Shown here piece after piece: positions 21,303-31,417 of a stretch of 44,404 nt of DNA (positions within the stretch are counted from its first letter, which is position 1; every line of letters starts with the position of its first letter). Under the pieces are notes generated by a model. The model saw nothing but the letters and a program-made list of their open reading frames with translations. It was not told where the DNA came from and searched no databases. The translations under genes and the position numbers were made by a program. This DNA is from an uncultured virus (IMG/VR IMGVR_UViG_2061766007_002618) (taxonomy: Duplodnaviria; Heunggongvirae; Uroviricota; Caudoviricetes). The DNA lies in the IMG/VR virus record IMGVR_UViG_2061766007_002618, one strand, 5' to 3'.

Positions 21303-22450
21303 TAGTCCTCCTTTTTCAAAGCATTCACGATGGCGTTCAAGGCATCCACGAGGTCGCCCACGGTCGAAGAGGCCGTGAGCGGCGGAAGGTTGGTGCGGAC
21401 ATCGATGGCGGAGAGGTCGCCCTTAACTGCCAGTTCCCGGTCCGGGTTGCCGAAAGCATCTTTGTAAAACACAGCGTCACCTTCGGGGTCGGTCGCATCG
21501 CAGCCTTTGCGAAGAAGTGCATCGCCGAAAGAAAAGGCATCTGCCTGTATTTCTGTGACGCGAACAACCTCATACTGGTCTGGCTTAATGTAGCCCTCAT
21601 CCGCTACGATAGCCTGCACGTCGTTGGTCGAAAGGCTATCGCCTTTTACGCTTATCGTGCCATTGGTGAGGGAAATCCCTTCGCCGATAACCGTTTCGCT
21701 CGGAACGTCATGCCACTCCATCGCGGACGCGGTAAGCGCAAACGCCGCGACGAGGCAAAGCCCGAACTCCTGCAACGTCTTCACGACGCGCCCAAGCGCC
21801 GTGCCAATCGCGCGCTGGCTTGAGTAGGTCGTCGGCACGTCGGCGAACGCCTCGCGAATGTCGGACATGGAAACGCCCGCAGGCCCAGGAGGCCCCGTCA
21901 GGTCGTCACTCTCCCACGTCGAGCCGTCGCCGAACGTGAAAATGATTCTGCCGCCGGATTGCTCCACGGAGTCAATCACCTTCGTCTCGACAAGCCTTTT
22001 CAGCTCGGCGATTTCGGCAAGCTCGCTTTCGATTGTCACGGGGTCCTGCATGTCCCCGTCGCCGATCCAGTTCATGACCGTCACGCGTCCACGGGCGACG
22101 AGACAATTCTGCGTGTCGTTCTCCACCGCGACGAGGAAAGTCATTTTGCCGTTTTCGGGAATGAAGCGGAAACTCTTGATGAGCGCGTCCGTGTTGCAGT
22201 TGAGCGTCGCCGTGAGGACGGTGTTTCCAGCATCGTCGGGCGTCGCCGTCCATTCGTCCGCGTCGTCGAACGGGAACTTCGCCACGTCGCCGAGCTTGCC
22301 GCGAATGCGGACATGAATATCGTCGCCGGACTCCATCGAACCGGGTGGCATGACCACCGTCAGGGCGACGGCCTCGCGCACGGCGATGATTCCCTCGCAG
22401 ACGAGGCTTTTCGTCTCAATCTCCGGCAAAATTCTCAATGTGCTAGCCAT
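21302..22450 (-). CDS. Tail protein, BppU-like N-terminal domain, short collagen-like linker, internal signal-like segment
   Basis: Beta-rich N-terminus, LTGPPGPAG, internal KTLQEFGLCLVAAFALTASA. Confidence 0.55.
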   Translation of the reverse strand: MASTLRILPEIETKSLVCEGIIAVREAVALTVVMPPGSMESGDDIHVRIRGKLGDVAKFPFDDADEWTATPDDAGNTVLTATLNCNTDALIKSFRFIPENGKMTFLVAVENDTQNCLVARGRVTVMNWIGDGDMQDPVTIESELAEIAELKRLVETKVIDSVEQSGGRIIFTFGDGSTWESDDLTGPPGPAGVSMSDIREAFADVPTTYSSQRAIGTALGRVVKTLQEFGLCLVAAFALTASAMEWHDVPSETVIGEGISLTNGTISVKGDSLSTNDVQAIVADEGYIKPDQYEVVRVTEIQADAFSFGDALLRKGCDATDPEGDAVFYKDAFGNPDRELAVKGDLSAIDVRTNLPPLTASSTVGDLVDALNAIVNALKKED

Positions 22451-23124
22451 TACGCCCAGCCTCCGTAGTTGACCGCATCCGTGCCGCGCGGGCCAATCGC
22501 CTGGAATGCGGCCTCGTTGACGGCCTTTTCAAAAGTGATTTTCTCGCTCGCCGCCTGCGCCGCGTCGGTCCACGGGCGGTTCTGCATGGCAAAAAGCCTT
22601 GAAAGTGCGCCGGCGACAATCGCCTCGCCGAACTGGTCCACGAACGGCCCTGGCAAATCCTCGCTGTTCATGCTCGGAACGCAGTCAACCTCGGCGATGA
22701 AGCCCGTGCAGGACGAAATGAATTCCTCGGTAATCGCGCCCGTGAACACCACGACGGGGCCAGGTTCAACGGTCCACTTGCGATTCGCGGGCGTGAACAC
22801 CTTGTGCGTCACCTCCACGCCATCAACCGTCTCAACCCACAAATGGAAGAACTTCACTTCGCGGACGGCCTTCACGCGGCAGTCGCACGGCGCGACGACG
22901 GGGTACGACCGACGCCCAACGTCGAAAGTGACGGGAATGTGGAAGCGGAGCGCGCTTGTCCGTTCGCAGAAATCGCGGCAGGCCGCCTGCAAGGTCTTGC
23001 GGACCATTACGTCGTCGCAGCCGGGGAGACGATAAACCATGTCGTCGGCGAGGCTTCCGAGGTTGCGGAGGTTGGCCGCTACCGCGTTCTCTTCCAGGGC
23101 GTTCTTGTACTCAAGGATTCCCAT
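22450..23124 (-). CDS. Head-tail adaptor (tail tubular A-like)
   Basis: Likely start MGILEY at 23124 after GGAGG; LPGC.......L..A..DFCERT and AIVAGAL.RL..M..RPW motifs typical of podovirus adaptors. Confidence 0.7.
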   Translation of the reverse strand: MGILEYKNALEENAVAANLRNLGSLADDMVYRLPGCDDVMVRKTLQAACRDFCERTSALRFHIPVTFDVGRRSYPVVAPCDCRVKAVREVKFFHLWVETVDGVEVTHKVFTPANRKWTVEPGPVVVFTGAITEEFISSCTGFIAEVDCVPSMNSEDLPGPFVDQFGEAIVAGALSRLFAMQNRPWTDAAQAASEKITFEKAVNEAAFQAIGPRGTDAVNYGGWA

Positions 23125-23132
23125 TCTGCCTC

Positions 23133-23510
23133 CTACGCATGGGCCAGCGCGTTGAACTCGGCGAGGTACGCCTGCGCGCGCTGCAAGGTAAAGTCGTCGG
23201 CGGCGTCCATGTCGAGGCACTTCGACACGGCGAAGCAGCGCACGGCGCGTTCCCAGCGCGGATCGCACGGAAAGTCCATTGACTCCGCGCTGGTCACGTC
23301 GCTCGCGGCGCTGTTTTTCGTCAAAAACGGGAATTCGATATCCCGCACGAGCTTTATGCCGCGATACCGCGACTGCGGGCAGACCGAATTCAACATGCGG
23401 ATTCCGTCGAAGATGTTGGAGACGATGAAGGACGCCGGATAGGTGCCGTCCGGCGTGTGTTCCGCAAGCAGCGTCTCGCGGACCTTCGTTTCAATGTCCC
23501 CAATCGTCAC
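23133..23510 (-). CDS. Head completion/adaptor-type protein
   Basis: GTG start after GGAGG; MTIxDI..KVRxxL pattern; synteny. Confidence 0.55.
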   Translation of the reverse strand: MTIGDIETKVRETLLAEHTPDGTYPASFIVSNIFDGIRMLNSVCPQSRYRGIKLVRDIEFPFLTKNSAASDVTSAESMDFPCDPRWERAVRCFAVSKCLDMDAADDFTLQRAQAYLAEFNALAHA

Positions 23511-23522
23511 GGCGGAACCCTC

Positions 23523-23927
23523 CTACTTCGTGGCGATGCCGCCGAAAATGTCGCCGTCGGTCGTCGCGTCCTTCGCGGACTTCCCACGCTTCTTCGCGGC
23601 GGGAGCGGGCGCAGGGGCGGGCGGCTCGTCGGTCGGGATTGTCACGGTTTCCACCGGGGCCTCCGCAGGGGCTTCCGCAGGGACTTCCAGCGGAGCGGGA
23701 GGCGCGGAAGGCGGAGCGGGAGGCGCGGGCGGATTCAGGAGCATTTCGGGGTTGCCGTTGCGCTGGACGCAGACAATCACGTCCTCCATGCGCAGCTTGT
23801 GCGCGAAAACCGCCTCGGCAACCTTGTCGGAAATCAGAACCTCGTCTTTGTCGAGGGGAATCTCTTCCAGGTTGCGGCTGACCGCGAGCGGGAAAATGGC
23901 AAAATGACTGGTGGAAAGAATCTGCAT
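23523..23927 (-). CDS. Hypothetical protein with Pro/Ala-rich tail
   Basis: ORF with RBS AGGAG downstream of the capsid genes. Confidence 0.7.
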   Translation of the reverse strand: MQILSTSHFAIFPLAVSRNLEEIPLDKDEVLISDKVAEAVFAHKLRMEDVIVCVQRNGNPEMLLNPPAPPAPPSAPPAPLEVPAEAPAEAPVETVTIPTDEPPAPAPAPAAKKRGKSAKDATTDGDIFGGIATK

Positions 23928-24024
23928 GGTTATCTCCTGTTGGGGGATGAGGGACTCCCCGCGGAGCCTGCCACGGGGAAAGTTTGTTTTAAGCCTTTAA
24001 CAGGTAGGCTCCCCAACAAGGAAG

Positions 24025-24534
24025 TTAATCCATGAAGGGACAATCGCCGTACAGCGTGACTACAAAGCGACCGTCGGAAACGGCGGCACTAGGCACGATG
24101 TACAGGTACTGCGGATTGCCCTTCGGGACGAGGTAGGGCGTCGCGAGGTTCTGGATGCTCGGCGTGTTCGTCACGGTGGCTGTCCATTGCGTGAACGCCT
24201 GAGCTGCGGCAACGGCACCGTTCGTGCCGATGTTGGCCGTGTAGGACGCGGCGCTCGTGCAAGTGCCGCCCTTGTAGTCCTTTTCGGGCTTGATGGCCGC
24301 ACCACGGACGAGGAAGCCAGCCGGAACCTTCGCGAGAAGGACCTTGTTGGTGACGCCGGCGGGGACGCGGGCGAAGTCAACGACCGCGACAACCTTGCCG
24401 TTGACAAGGTGCGCGTCGCCGACGTAGCCATTCGGCGCGAGATAGCCTGCCACCGTCGCCGGAGCGGCGATGGCGAAGCTGATGGAGAGAGCCGCGACGA
24501 GCGCGGCGGCGAACAGTTTGTGGCACTTCTTCAT
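24025..24534 (-). CDS. Capsid decoration/cement-like protein with N-terminal Sec signal peptide
   Basis: ATG at 24534 after GGGAGG, directly after the capsid gene; MKKCHKLFAAALVAALSISFAIA signal; beta-rich mature part (VVDF...LAKVPAGFLV...GRFVVTLY). Confidence 0.65.
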   Translation of the reverse strand: MKKCHKLFAAALVAALSISFAIAAPATVAGYLAPNGYVGDAHLVNGKVVAVVDFARVPAGVTNKVLLAKVPAGFLVRGAAIKPEKDYKGGTCTSAASYTANIGTNGAVAAAQAFTQWTATVTNTPSIQNLATPYLVPKGNPQYLYIVPSAAVSDGRFVVTLYGDCPFMD

Positions 24535-24548
24535 TGTCTTTCCCTCCC

Positions 24549-25610
24549 TTAGAACCGAAGAACAGCGTAGCCGACGCGCTCGGGGTAGACCGGAATCCAG
24601 TCGTAGGCAACCATTGCGCGGTGGTAGTCGCCGAAGGTCTTCTCGAAGCGGCCGGCCTCGATCTTGGAAACCTCCAGGTCGTAGCAGATGCCGGAGCGGT
24701 CGCCGAACAGGCAGATATAGTTGCCGTTGGCGTCCTTCGGGCAGCGGTTCGACTTGTAGACGCGGATTCCGCTGATCATGCCGCAATCCACAATGTCCTT
24801 GCGGATGAGCGAAACGGCGTCCCCGGAGAGGGAGGCGTCCTTCAGCTCGCCACGGGCAATGCGGTTGAGGCCGATCGGAGGCAGGACAATCCACTTCTCG
24901 CCGCCAGCGTCGTTGCCGGACTCGGGCTCTTCCGCGAGAACGGTGTCGATGTTGGCGATGAAGTCCGTCATCGGTATCTTGTCGCCGAAATTGCCGGCGG
25001 AGGTGCCAATGACAGAACCCGTGTCCGCATCCGCCTTCTCCTGCGTGAGGTAGATCTTGACGGGGTTCACGGAGTTGCCGAGCGCGAAACCGCCGGTGAG
25101 ACGGCCCGCGTGGTTGCCCGTGTTGCCGCCTTCGCCGTTCACGCCGGTGTAGCAGAGCTGCGGCGCGGTGGCGAAGAATTCGTCCTCGATATCCGTGTCC
25201 ATCTGGAGGGTGCACTGGCGAATCCAGTCTTCGCTCCAGCGCTTGACGTCCGAGAACGCCTTGGCGAGGTCGAGAACGCGGAACGCCCAATAACGCGAGC
25301 GCTTGATGGCGTACTCTTCTTCGCTGGACTTCGGGTCTTCGTAAACGAGGTCCTGCCCGTCAACGTAGGGGCGGGTGTGGAACAGGGGCTTGTGGCGGAC
25401 CTTGATCTTGTCGCCGACGCCCTTGAACGCGCCTTCGTACTTGGAGTTCGTGAGGCTCTTCATGATGTTGTTATCACGGAGAGACTCTTTGAGGTCGGGG
25501 GCGTACACTTCGGGATGGTACCCGGCGAGGTCGCCCCAGTTGGACGGGCGGAACTGGAGGGATGGCCCCGTTCCGGACCCGGTGATGATGGGTGAGCTCA
25601 TGGAGTTCAT
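24549..25610 (-). CDS. Major capsid protein (HK97 fold, P22/T7-like)
   Basis: TNSKYEGAFKGVGDKIKVR motif, C-terminal RFEKTFGD..R....YD.....PE; follows the scaffold gene; strong codon bias. Confidence 0.85.
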   Translation of the reverse strand: MNSMSSPIITGSGTGPSLQFRPSNWGDLAGYHPEVYAPDLKESLRDNNIMKSLTNSKYEGAFKGVGDKIKVRHKPLFHTRPYVDGQDLVYEDPKSSEEEYAIKRSRYWAFRVLDLAKAFSDVKRWSEDWIRQCTLQMDTDIEDEFFATAPQLCYTGVNGEGGNTGNHAGRLTGGFALGNSVNPVKIYLTQEKADADTGSVIGTSAGNFGDKIPMTDFIANIDTVLAEEPESGNDAGGEKWIVLPPIGLNRIARGELKDASLSGDAVSLIRKDIVDCGMISGIRVYKSNRCPKDANGNYICLFGDRSGICYDLEVSKIEAGRFEKTFGDYHRAMVAYDWIPVYPERVGYAVLRF

Positions 25611-25648
25611 GGTTGATTCCCTTCCATGGCCGGCCAGCGCCACTTACA

Positions 25649-25771
25649 CTACTTGCGCAGCGAATCAAATGTGAACTGGTCGGCGAGTTTCTTCATCTCG
25701 TCGCGGATGGCATCGTACTTCTTGCGGTCGATCCGTCCGTCGCGGAGGTCGCGCCATGCCTCGTCGAGGAT
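25649..25771 (-). CDS. Scaffolding protein, C-terminal fragment
   Basis: ILDEAWRDLRDGRIDRKKYDAIRDEMKK overlaps the sequence at 26986-27035. Confidence 0.7.
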   Translation of the reverse strand: MLDEAWRDLRDGRIDRKKYDAIRDEMKKLADQFTFDSLRK

Positions 25772-26508
25772 NNNNNNNNNNNNNNNNNNNNNNNNNNNNN
25801 NNNNNNNNNNNNNNNNNNNNNNNNNNNNNNNNNNNNNNNNNNNNNNNNNNNNNNNNNNNNNNNNNNNNNNNNNNNNNNNNNNNNNNNNNNNNNNNNNNNN
25901 NNNNNNNNNNNNNNNNNNNNNNNNNNNNNNNNNNNNNNNNNNNNNNNNNNNNNNNNNNNNNNNNNNNNNNNNNNNNNNNNNNNNNNNNNNNNNNNNNNNN
26001 NNNNNNNNNNNNNNNNNNNNNNNNNNNNNNNNNNNNNNNNNNNNNNNNNNNNNNNNNNNNNNNNNNNNNNNNNNNNNNNNNNNNNNNNNNNNNNNNNNNN
26101 NNNNNNNNNNNNNNNNNNNNNNNNNNNNNNNNNNNNNNNNNNNNNNNNNNNNNNNNNNNNNNNNNNNNNNNNNNNNNNNNNNNNNNNNNNNNNNNNNNNN
26201 NNNNNNNNNNNNNNNNNNNNNNNNNNNNNNNNNNNNNNNNNNNNNNNNNNNNNNNNNNNNNNNNNNNNNNNNNNNNNNNNNNNNNNNNNNNNNNNNNNNN
26301 NNNNNNNNNNNNNNNNNNNNNNNNNNNNNNNNNNNNNNNNNNNNNNNNNNNNNNNNNNNNNNNNNNNNNNNNNNNNNNNNNNNNNNNNNNNNNNNNNNNN
26401 NNNNNNNNNNNNNNNNNNNNNNNNNNNNNNNNNNNNNNNNNNNNNNNNNNNNNNNNNNNNNNNNNNNNNNNNNNNNNNNNNNNNNNNNNNNNNNNNNNNN
26501 NNNNNNNN

Positions 26509-26974
26509 GAGGGTGCGGGTTGAGATAGAGCTGATTTTCTACGGGTGCGACCAGCCGGACTTCGAGGAAAAGTTGAAGTCGCTTGAGATAACGGGCGTGT
26601 GGGCGAACGAGGCCTGCCAGATACGGTGGAACACGTTGCAGCAGGCGTACTCGCGGTGCGGGCGGTATCCGAGCAAGGAGGACGACCTTTCGTTTTTCTC
26701 GTGGGGATTGCTCATGGACACGAACAGCCCGAGCGACGCGAACTGGTGGTATCGGAAGGAGTGCGTCGAGAGGCCGGACGACATGGCGTTTTTCGTGCAG
26801 CCGCCGGCGCTGCTTGAGCACGTGAGGCCGGACGGGACGAAGTGGTACGAGCCGAATCGCGGACAGGACCCGGCGGACCCGAGGCCGGCGGAGAACGTCG
26901 AGCACCTGAACGAGGGCTTCGGGTACTACATGAAGCAGGTTTCGGTGCTGGACGACGACGAGATAAAGCGGCTG
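26509..26974 (+). CDS. terL: Terminase large subunit, ATPase fragment (mis-oriented contig)
   Basis: KSLEITGVWANEA (Walker B), MDTNSP coupling motif, AENVEHLNEG. Confidence 0.85.
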
Positions 26975-26984
26975 NNNNNNNNNN

Positions 26985-27716
26985 TTTGCGGTCGATCCGT
27001 CCGTCGCGGAGGTCGCGCCATGCCTCGTCGAGGATTTGCGCGCGTTCCTCCTGCGTGATGGACCGATTGTTGAGTCCGACGCCATATCCGCTTTCCGAAC
27101 GTGACGGGCTGGGCGTAGCGCCGCCGTTGCCCGTCGAAACACCGCCCTCGGAGTAGAACCGATTTATCAGGTCACACATTATGTCCGTGTTGAACGTGCG
27201 AATCGCAAATTCAGCCGTTTCGCGGTTCTTGCCAGACGAGAGGAAGTTGTACCAGGCGTTTACGTTCGGACCGTTTTCTGCGGTCGCCGCAAGGAAACCT
27301 GGGTATCGGGCTTCGACACCATCCAGGAAGGCTTTTTCCGCGCGCGCCCTGTCCTGCTGGTCAAAGCGCTCGGCTAGCTTCTGGAGGTCCTCTTCCTGTT
27401 TCTTGAAGCGCGGCGCGAACTCTTGTCCCACCACGCTGCAAGTCTCGTTCAGGGTGTCCGCATCGATCCTGTCTCTCATTTCCTGGGAAACGCGGTCGAT
27501 GGGTTTTAGCTGCGCGGTCTTGAGTTGTTCTATCTCGGCCCGCAGCTTTGCGTTCTCTTCGTCCTTGGCCTTCAACTGCGCGGAAAGCGCCTTGACGCGG
27601 CCCGCCTCGACGCGCTGGTTATTCGCCTCGCGCTCGACTTCCTCGGGTGTCCGCGTGTCGGCGGGTTCGCCGTCCGTCGGTCCAAGATTTATGTGCTTCT
27701 GGTCGTTCGTGTCCAT
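26985..27716 (-). CDS. Capsid scaffolding protein (main part)
   Basis: Acidic coiled-coil ORF between the portal and capsid genes. Confidence 0.7.
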
Positions 27717-27782
27717 AGTTCGGTGTCCTCATCAAGCCCGACATGCCGTATCGTCGGGAGTCAATGACGTGCTCGGCGAGCC

Positions 27783-28091
27783 TCAAACCGGAGGAATCGC
27801 TGCACTTAAATCGACCTGGTTTCCGAAGTCTCGGCGGCCAATCGGCAGCTTGGAGTCAGCTTCGGCATACTGAGCCTCGCGCTCCTTGGCTGTTTCGACT
27901 TCTTCAATCAGGTCGGAAAGGGTTCCCGCCTCGCCGATCAGCCGGTTTTGCTGAATCGGGTCGCTGGCTGTGCGAATCATCTTGCGCAGGTTGCGGAGCT
28001 TCCGCTCAATCTCCGGCTTCACAATCGTCCACTCGACGCTTTCGGAGATTATGCGCAAGGCTTTCAAATACTCTCTGTTCCCAATCGTCAT
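27783..28091 (-). CDS. Small protein downstream of portal
   Basis: ATGA overlap with the portal stop; conserved podovirus position. Confidence 0.65.
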   Translation of the reverse strand: MTIGNREYLKALRIISESVEWTIVKPEIERKLRNLRKMIRTASDPIQQNRLIGEAGTLSDLIEEVETAKEREAQYAEADSKLPIGRRDFGNQVDLSAAIPPV

Positions 28092-28990
28092 GCGGCACTC
28101 CTTCTCTCGGCCACAGACCCAGGCGCGGGTGGCATCCCGCCGTTCATGGCGNNNNNNNNNNAGCGGTTTGCGGGCCTTCCCTCGCGCGTGTGCGCGCGCT
28201 CATGCGAGCGAAGGGGCGGCTGATAGACTCTTAAGCGTGAACGACGAGGCGCCAAAACTTGGAATCAACCTCGGTCCCGCGAAGGGGCCTCCTGCGTTGG
28301 ATGAAATTCCTTCAACGCAGAGCATGGACCANNNNNNNNNNTTTGGGCCATGCGCGGGCTGCCGCCGATTTCAGGCTGCATCTGCGCGTCCATAGAAGCC
28401 TGTTCCGCCGTCATGCGCCCCATGGCGGCCTGGGCGATCATGTTCACCTTTTGGAGCAGCTTGATGTTGCTCACCTCTTCGTCGGAAAGCGTGTACTTGT
28501 CCGCGTTCGGAATGTCGGCTTCCTCGAAGAGGATGCGGAGCATGAGGTTTCCAAGCTCCGGGTCCTGCTGGCGAATCTGAAGAATCTGCGGGAGAATGTT
28601 TATCACTTGCAGGATGAACGAGCGCTTCTTCTCCTGGAGAATCTTGCCCATCGTGCCCGACGGGTTGATTTCGCAGTCGCCCTTGATGGCCATGTTCTTG
28701 CCGTACACCATTTCGTAGTCGAAGGTGAGCTGCACGGCATGGCGTATGACCTCGCGGTCCGTCACCATGACGACCATCTTCATCACGCGGTTCGTGGACT
28801 CCATCATCTGGGCGAGGCCCGACGACGTGCGGAGCGCGCCCGTCATGTTGGAGTTGTTGCCGTAGGTGTAGGCGGGGATGCCGGAATCATCGTCCGCCTG
28901 CTGCTTCATTGCCTGGAAGAGGTTTATCAGCTCGGCGACATGCGAAGAGAACTCAAGCGGCACAATCGGTATGTCCGTCTGGCCCATCGC
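28088..28990 (-). CDS. Portal protein, C-terminal part (interrupted by a foreign fragment at 28162-28332)
   Basis: ADDDSGIPAYTYG...ALRTSSGLAQMM...IKGDCEI; ends AMNGGMPPAPGSVAERRSAA at 28088. Confidence 0.8.
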
Positions 28991-29000
28991 NNNNNNNNNN

Positions 29001-29190
29001 CGAGCGGTATGCGGACACGCCGGACAAGACGAACCCGTTCTCGCATCCGCATGACGCGCTCCAGTACCTGTGCGTGGGGGCGATTTACGGGACGGAGGAC
29101 TATTCGATTCCGAACCGGCTGGTGAACAGCGCGATCATGGCGCGCGGGCTTTCGCTGGCGGGCGTGGACCTCGGCGGCTTCGGGGTATAG
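29001..29190 (+). CDS. terL: Terminase large subunit, C-terminal fragment (mis-oriented contig)
   Basis: PDKTNPFSHPHDALQY nuclease motif. Confidence 0.85.
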
Positions 29191-29316
29191 CGGGAGGCGG
29201 CGGGCGGCCTCACGCGGAAGTGGCGCAAAATGGCTTGCGCAAGCGGTTTGCGGCCATTCCCTCGCGCGTGTGCGCGCGCTCATGCGAGCAGAAGGGTGAC
29301 CGGTAAACTGTTAAGC

Positions 29317-29969
29317 GTGAACGACGAGGCGCCAAAACTTGGAATCAACCTCGGTCCCGCAAAGGGGCCTCCTGCGTTGGATGAAATTCCTTCAACGCAG
29401 AGCATGGACCATCTTTCGCGGCTGATTGACGACACCTACCGACGGAATGCGGACCACAGGATGCAGTCAGGCGTTGACGCGATGCTGCTCAAGTCGATGC
29501 TCATGGCGCGGTCGCAGTATTCGGCGGAGGAAATCAAGCAGTTCATCGAGCAGGGGATTCCGGGGAACATCTTCACGCCGCTTTGCCAGACGAAGATTCG
29601 CGCGGCCATGTCGCAGCTGGTGGAGATTTTCAATTCGCCGAGCGACAAGCCGTGGACGATTTCCGCGACGCCGGTGCCGGAGGTGCCGAATTTCGTCGCG
29701 AAGGAGCAGATGGAGGAAATCGCCCAGGCGTTCCTGGCGAAGGTGCAGGTCGAGGGGATGCCGACGCCGGAAGAGGCGGAGGCCTTCGGCGAGGAACAGA
29801 TGGGGATAATCCTCGACCGCGAGAAGAATTGGGCCGACGCGCGGGCCGCCCGCATGGAGAAGCAGATTCACGACTACATGGTCCAGGGCGGATGGGTGCA
29901 GGCTTTCAGCGAATACGCAAACTACATCGCCTACTACGGGACGGGCATCATCAAGGGGCCGATTCCGCG
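29317..29969 (+). CDS. Portal protein, N-terminal part (mis-oriented contig)
   Basis: Follows the terL C-terminus; ends YIAYYGTGIIKGPIP, matching the start of the minus-strand fragment at 30798. Confidence 0.8.
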
Positions 29970-29979
29970 NNNNNNNNNN

Positions 29980-30798
29980 GCCGGGATTGAGCGGCCAAAC
30001 CTTCCACGGCCTGATTTTCAGCGCGTTCGGCCCCTTGTCGGCGAGGCGTTCGATGTCCTTCACGACAACGCCGGGGCCGGAGGCCATAGCCATGTTGTTC
30101 ACGAGGTTCCGCAGCGCCGAGTTCATCACCCGTTGCGCCGATTCGCAGCGCATGGCGATTGAGTCGCCCCACCAGGAATCCGGCACCTCGTAGAACACGC
30201 CCTTGGAAATCGGGCGTCCGATGCACATGTTTATGACCTTGCAGTACACGACGTAGCCGGCAATCGAAATCGCGTGGACCTCGTAGTAGTTTTCCTCTTC
30301 GATTGACGAATCGTCGTCGTTCTTCCTGATTCCGAGGTCGAGAAGGTCGCTCCCCCTGACCTCGCCAAAGAACTCAATGCCCTCCATCTGGCACTTTTCA
30401 ACGTCGTTCGCGCCGTCGTTCTCAAGGTACGCCCGCGTCAGCTCGAAGCCGTCGTTCTCCAGCTTCACGCCGCCCTTGGGATAGCGGGCGAGCAGCGCCA
30501 TCACGGTGTCCTTGAACCAGCGGCCCTTGTCGTTCGCGTCCTTCGCCTTATGCGCGGCGAACTGCCAGAGGTCGTGCACGTTGAAGCGGACCTTGATGCA
30601 CAGCGGCCCGTCGTTGACGTTCTTCGCGCCGGGGGCCGGATAGCAGTCCCACGGGTTGACGGCCTCGTAGCACAGGACCTCGCGATCCGCGAGCGTGTAC
30701 TTCCACGTCCGCGTCTTCTGGGAAAGCTCGTGCGTCTTGCGCTTCATTGTGCGCGGAATCGGCCCCTTGATGATGCCCGTCCCGTAGTAGGCGATGTA
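29980..30798 (-). CDS. Portal protein, middle part
   Basis: GTGIIKGP...VNPWDCYPAPGA...WWGDSI...NNMAMASGP...IRPWKVW. Confidence 0.85.
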
Positions 30799-30898
30799 NN
30801 NNNNNNNNNNNNNNNNNNNNNNNNNNNNNNNNNNNNNNNNNNNNNNNNNNNNNNNNNNNNNNNNNNNNNNNNNNNNNNNNNNNNNNNNNNNNNNNNNN

Positions 30899-31242
30899 TC
30901 GTGTACACGCCGCGCTCGTTCATGCGCTGGATGCACGTCACGTCGTCAACCTGCGTCCCGCTGCTCCCCGACGGGTCCGCGAAGTTCACAACCCGCGTCC
31001 CCTCAAGCAGCCGGTATTTCCGCACCAGCAGCGGCCGCAGAAGCTCGTCCGTGAACTGCGTTATCCCCATCCCGTCGCTCACGACCTCTTCCAGAATCTG
31101 AATCTGCCCCGTGTTCGTCATTTGCCCGATGATCGTCGCCGGCGTCCGCCCGAAGTCCGTCCCGAGTATCAGCGTCATGCCCGCGTTGAACTTGAGCGGC
31201 GTCCGCGACACGTGAATCGAGTCCTTGAACTCCGGGTAGATC
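30899..31242 (-). CDS. terL: Terminase large subunit, nuclease fragment
   Basis: IYPEF...LILGTDFGRTPA...FADPSG. Confidence 0.85.
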
Positions 31243-31252
31243 NNNNNNNNNN

Positions 31253-31417
31253 GAATTCAGCCGTTTCGCGGTTCTTGCCGGACGAGAGGAAGTTGTACCA
31301 GGCGTTTACGTTCGGGCCGTTTTCGGCGGTCGCCGCAAGAAAACCTGGGTATCGGGCTTCGACACCTTCCAGGAAGGCTTTTTCCGCGCGCGCCCTGTCC
31401 TGCTGGTCAAAGCGCTC
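31253..31417 (-). other. Second-variant copy of a scaffold gene fragment
   Basis: Near-identical to 27208-27371 with several substitutions. Confidence 0.8.

Noticed and set aside
24025..25290. Programmed -1 frameshift fusing the capsid to the downstream protein
   Set aside because: The -1 frame is open, but this is expected with C/G-ending codons; no slippery heptamer seen near the stop, and the downstream gene has its own RBS
155..25595. Long plus-strand ORFs opposite the late genes (for example 6896..7921, 14060..15088, 24534..25595)
   Set aside because: Antisense shadows of GC-rich genes with no recognisable motifs
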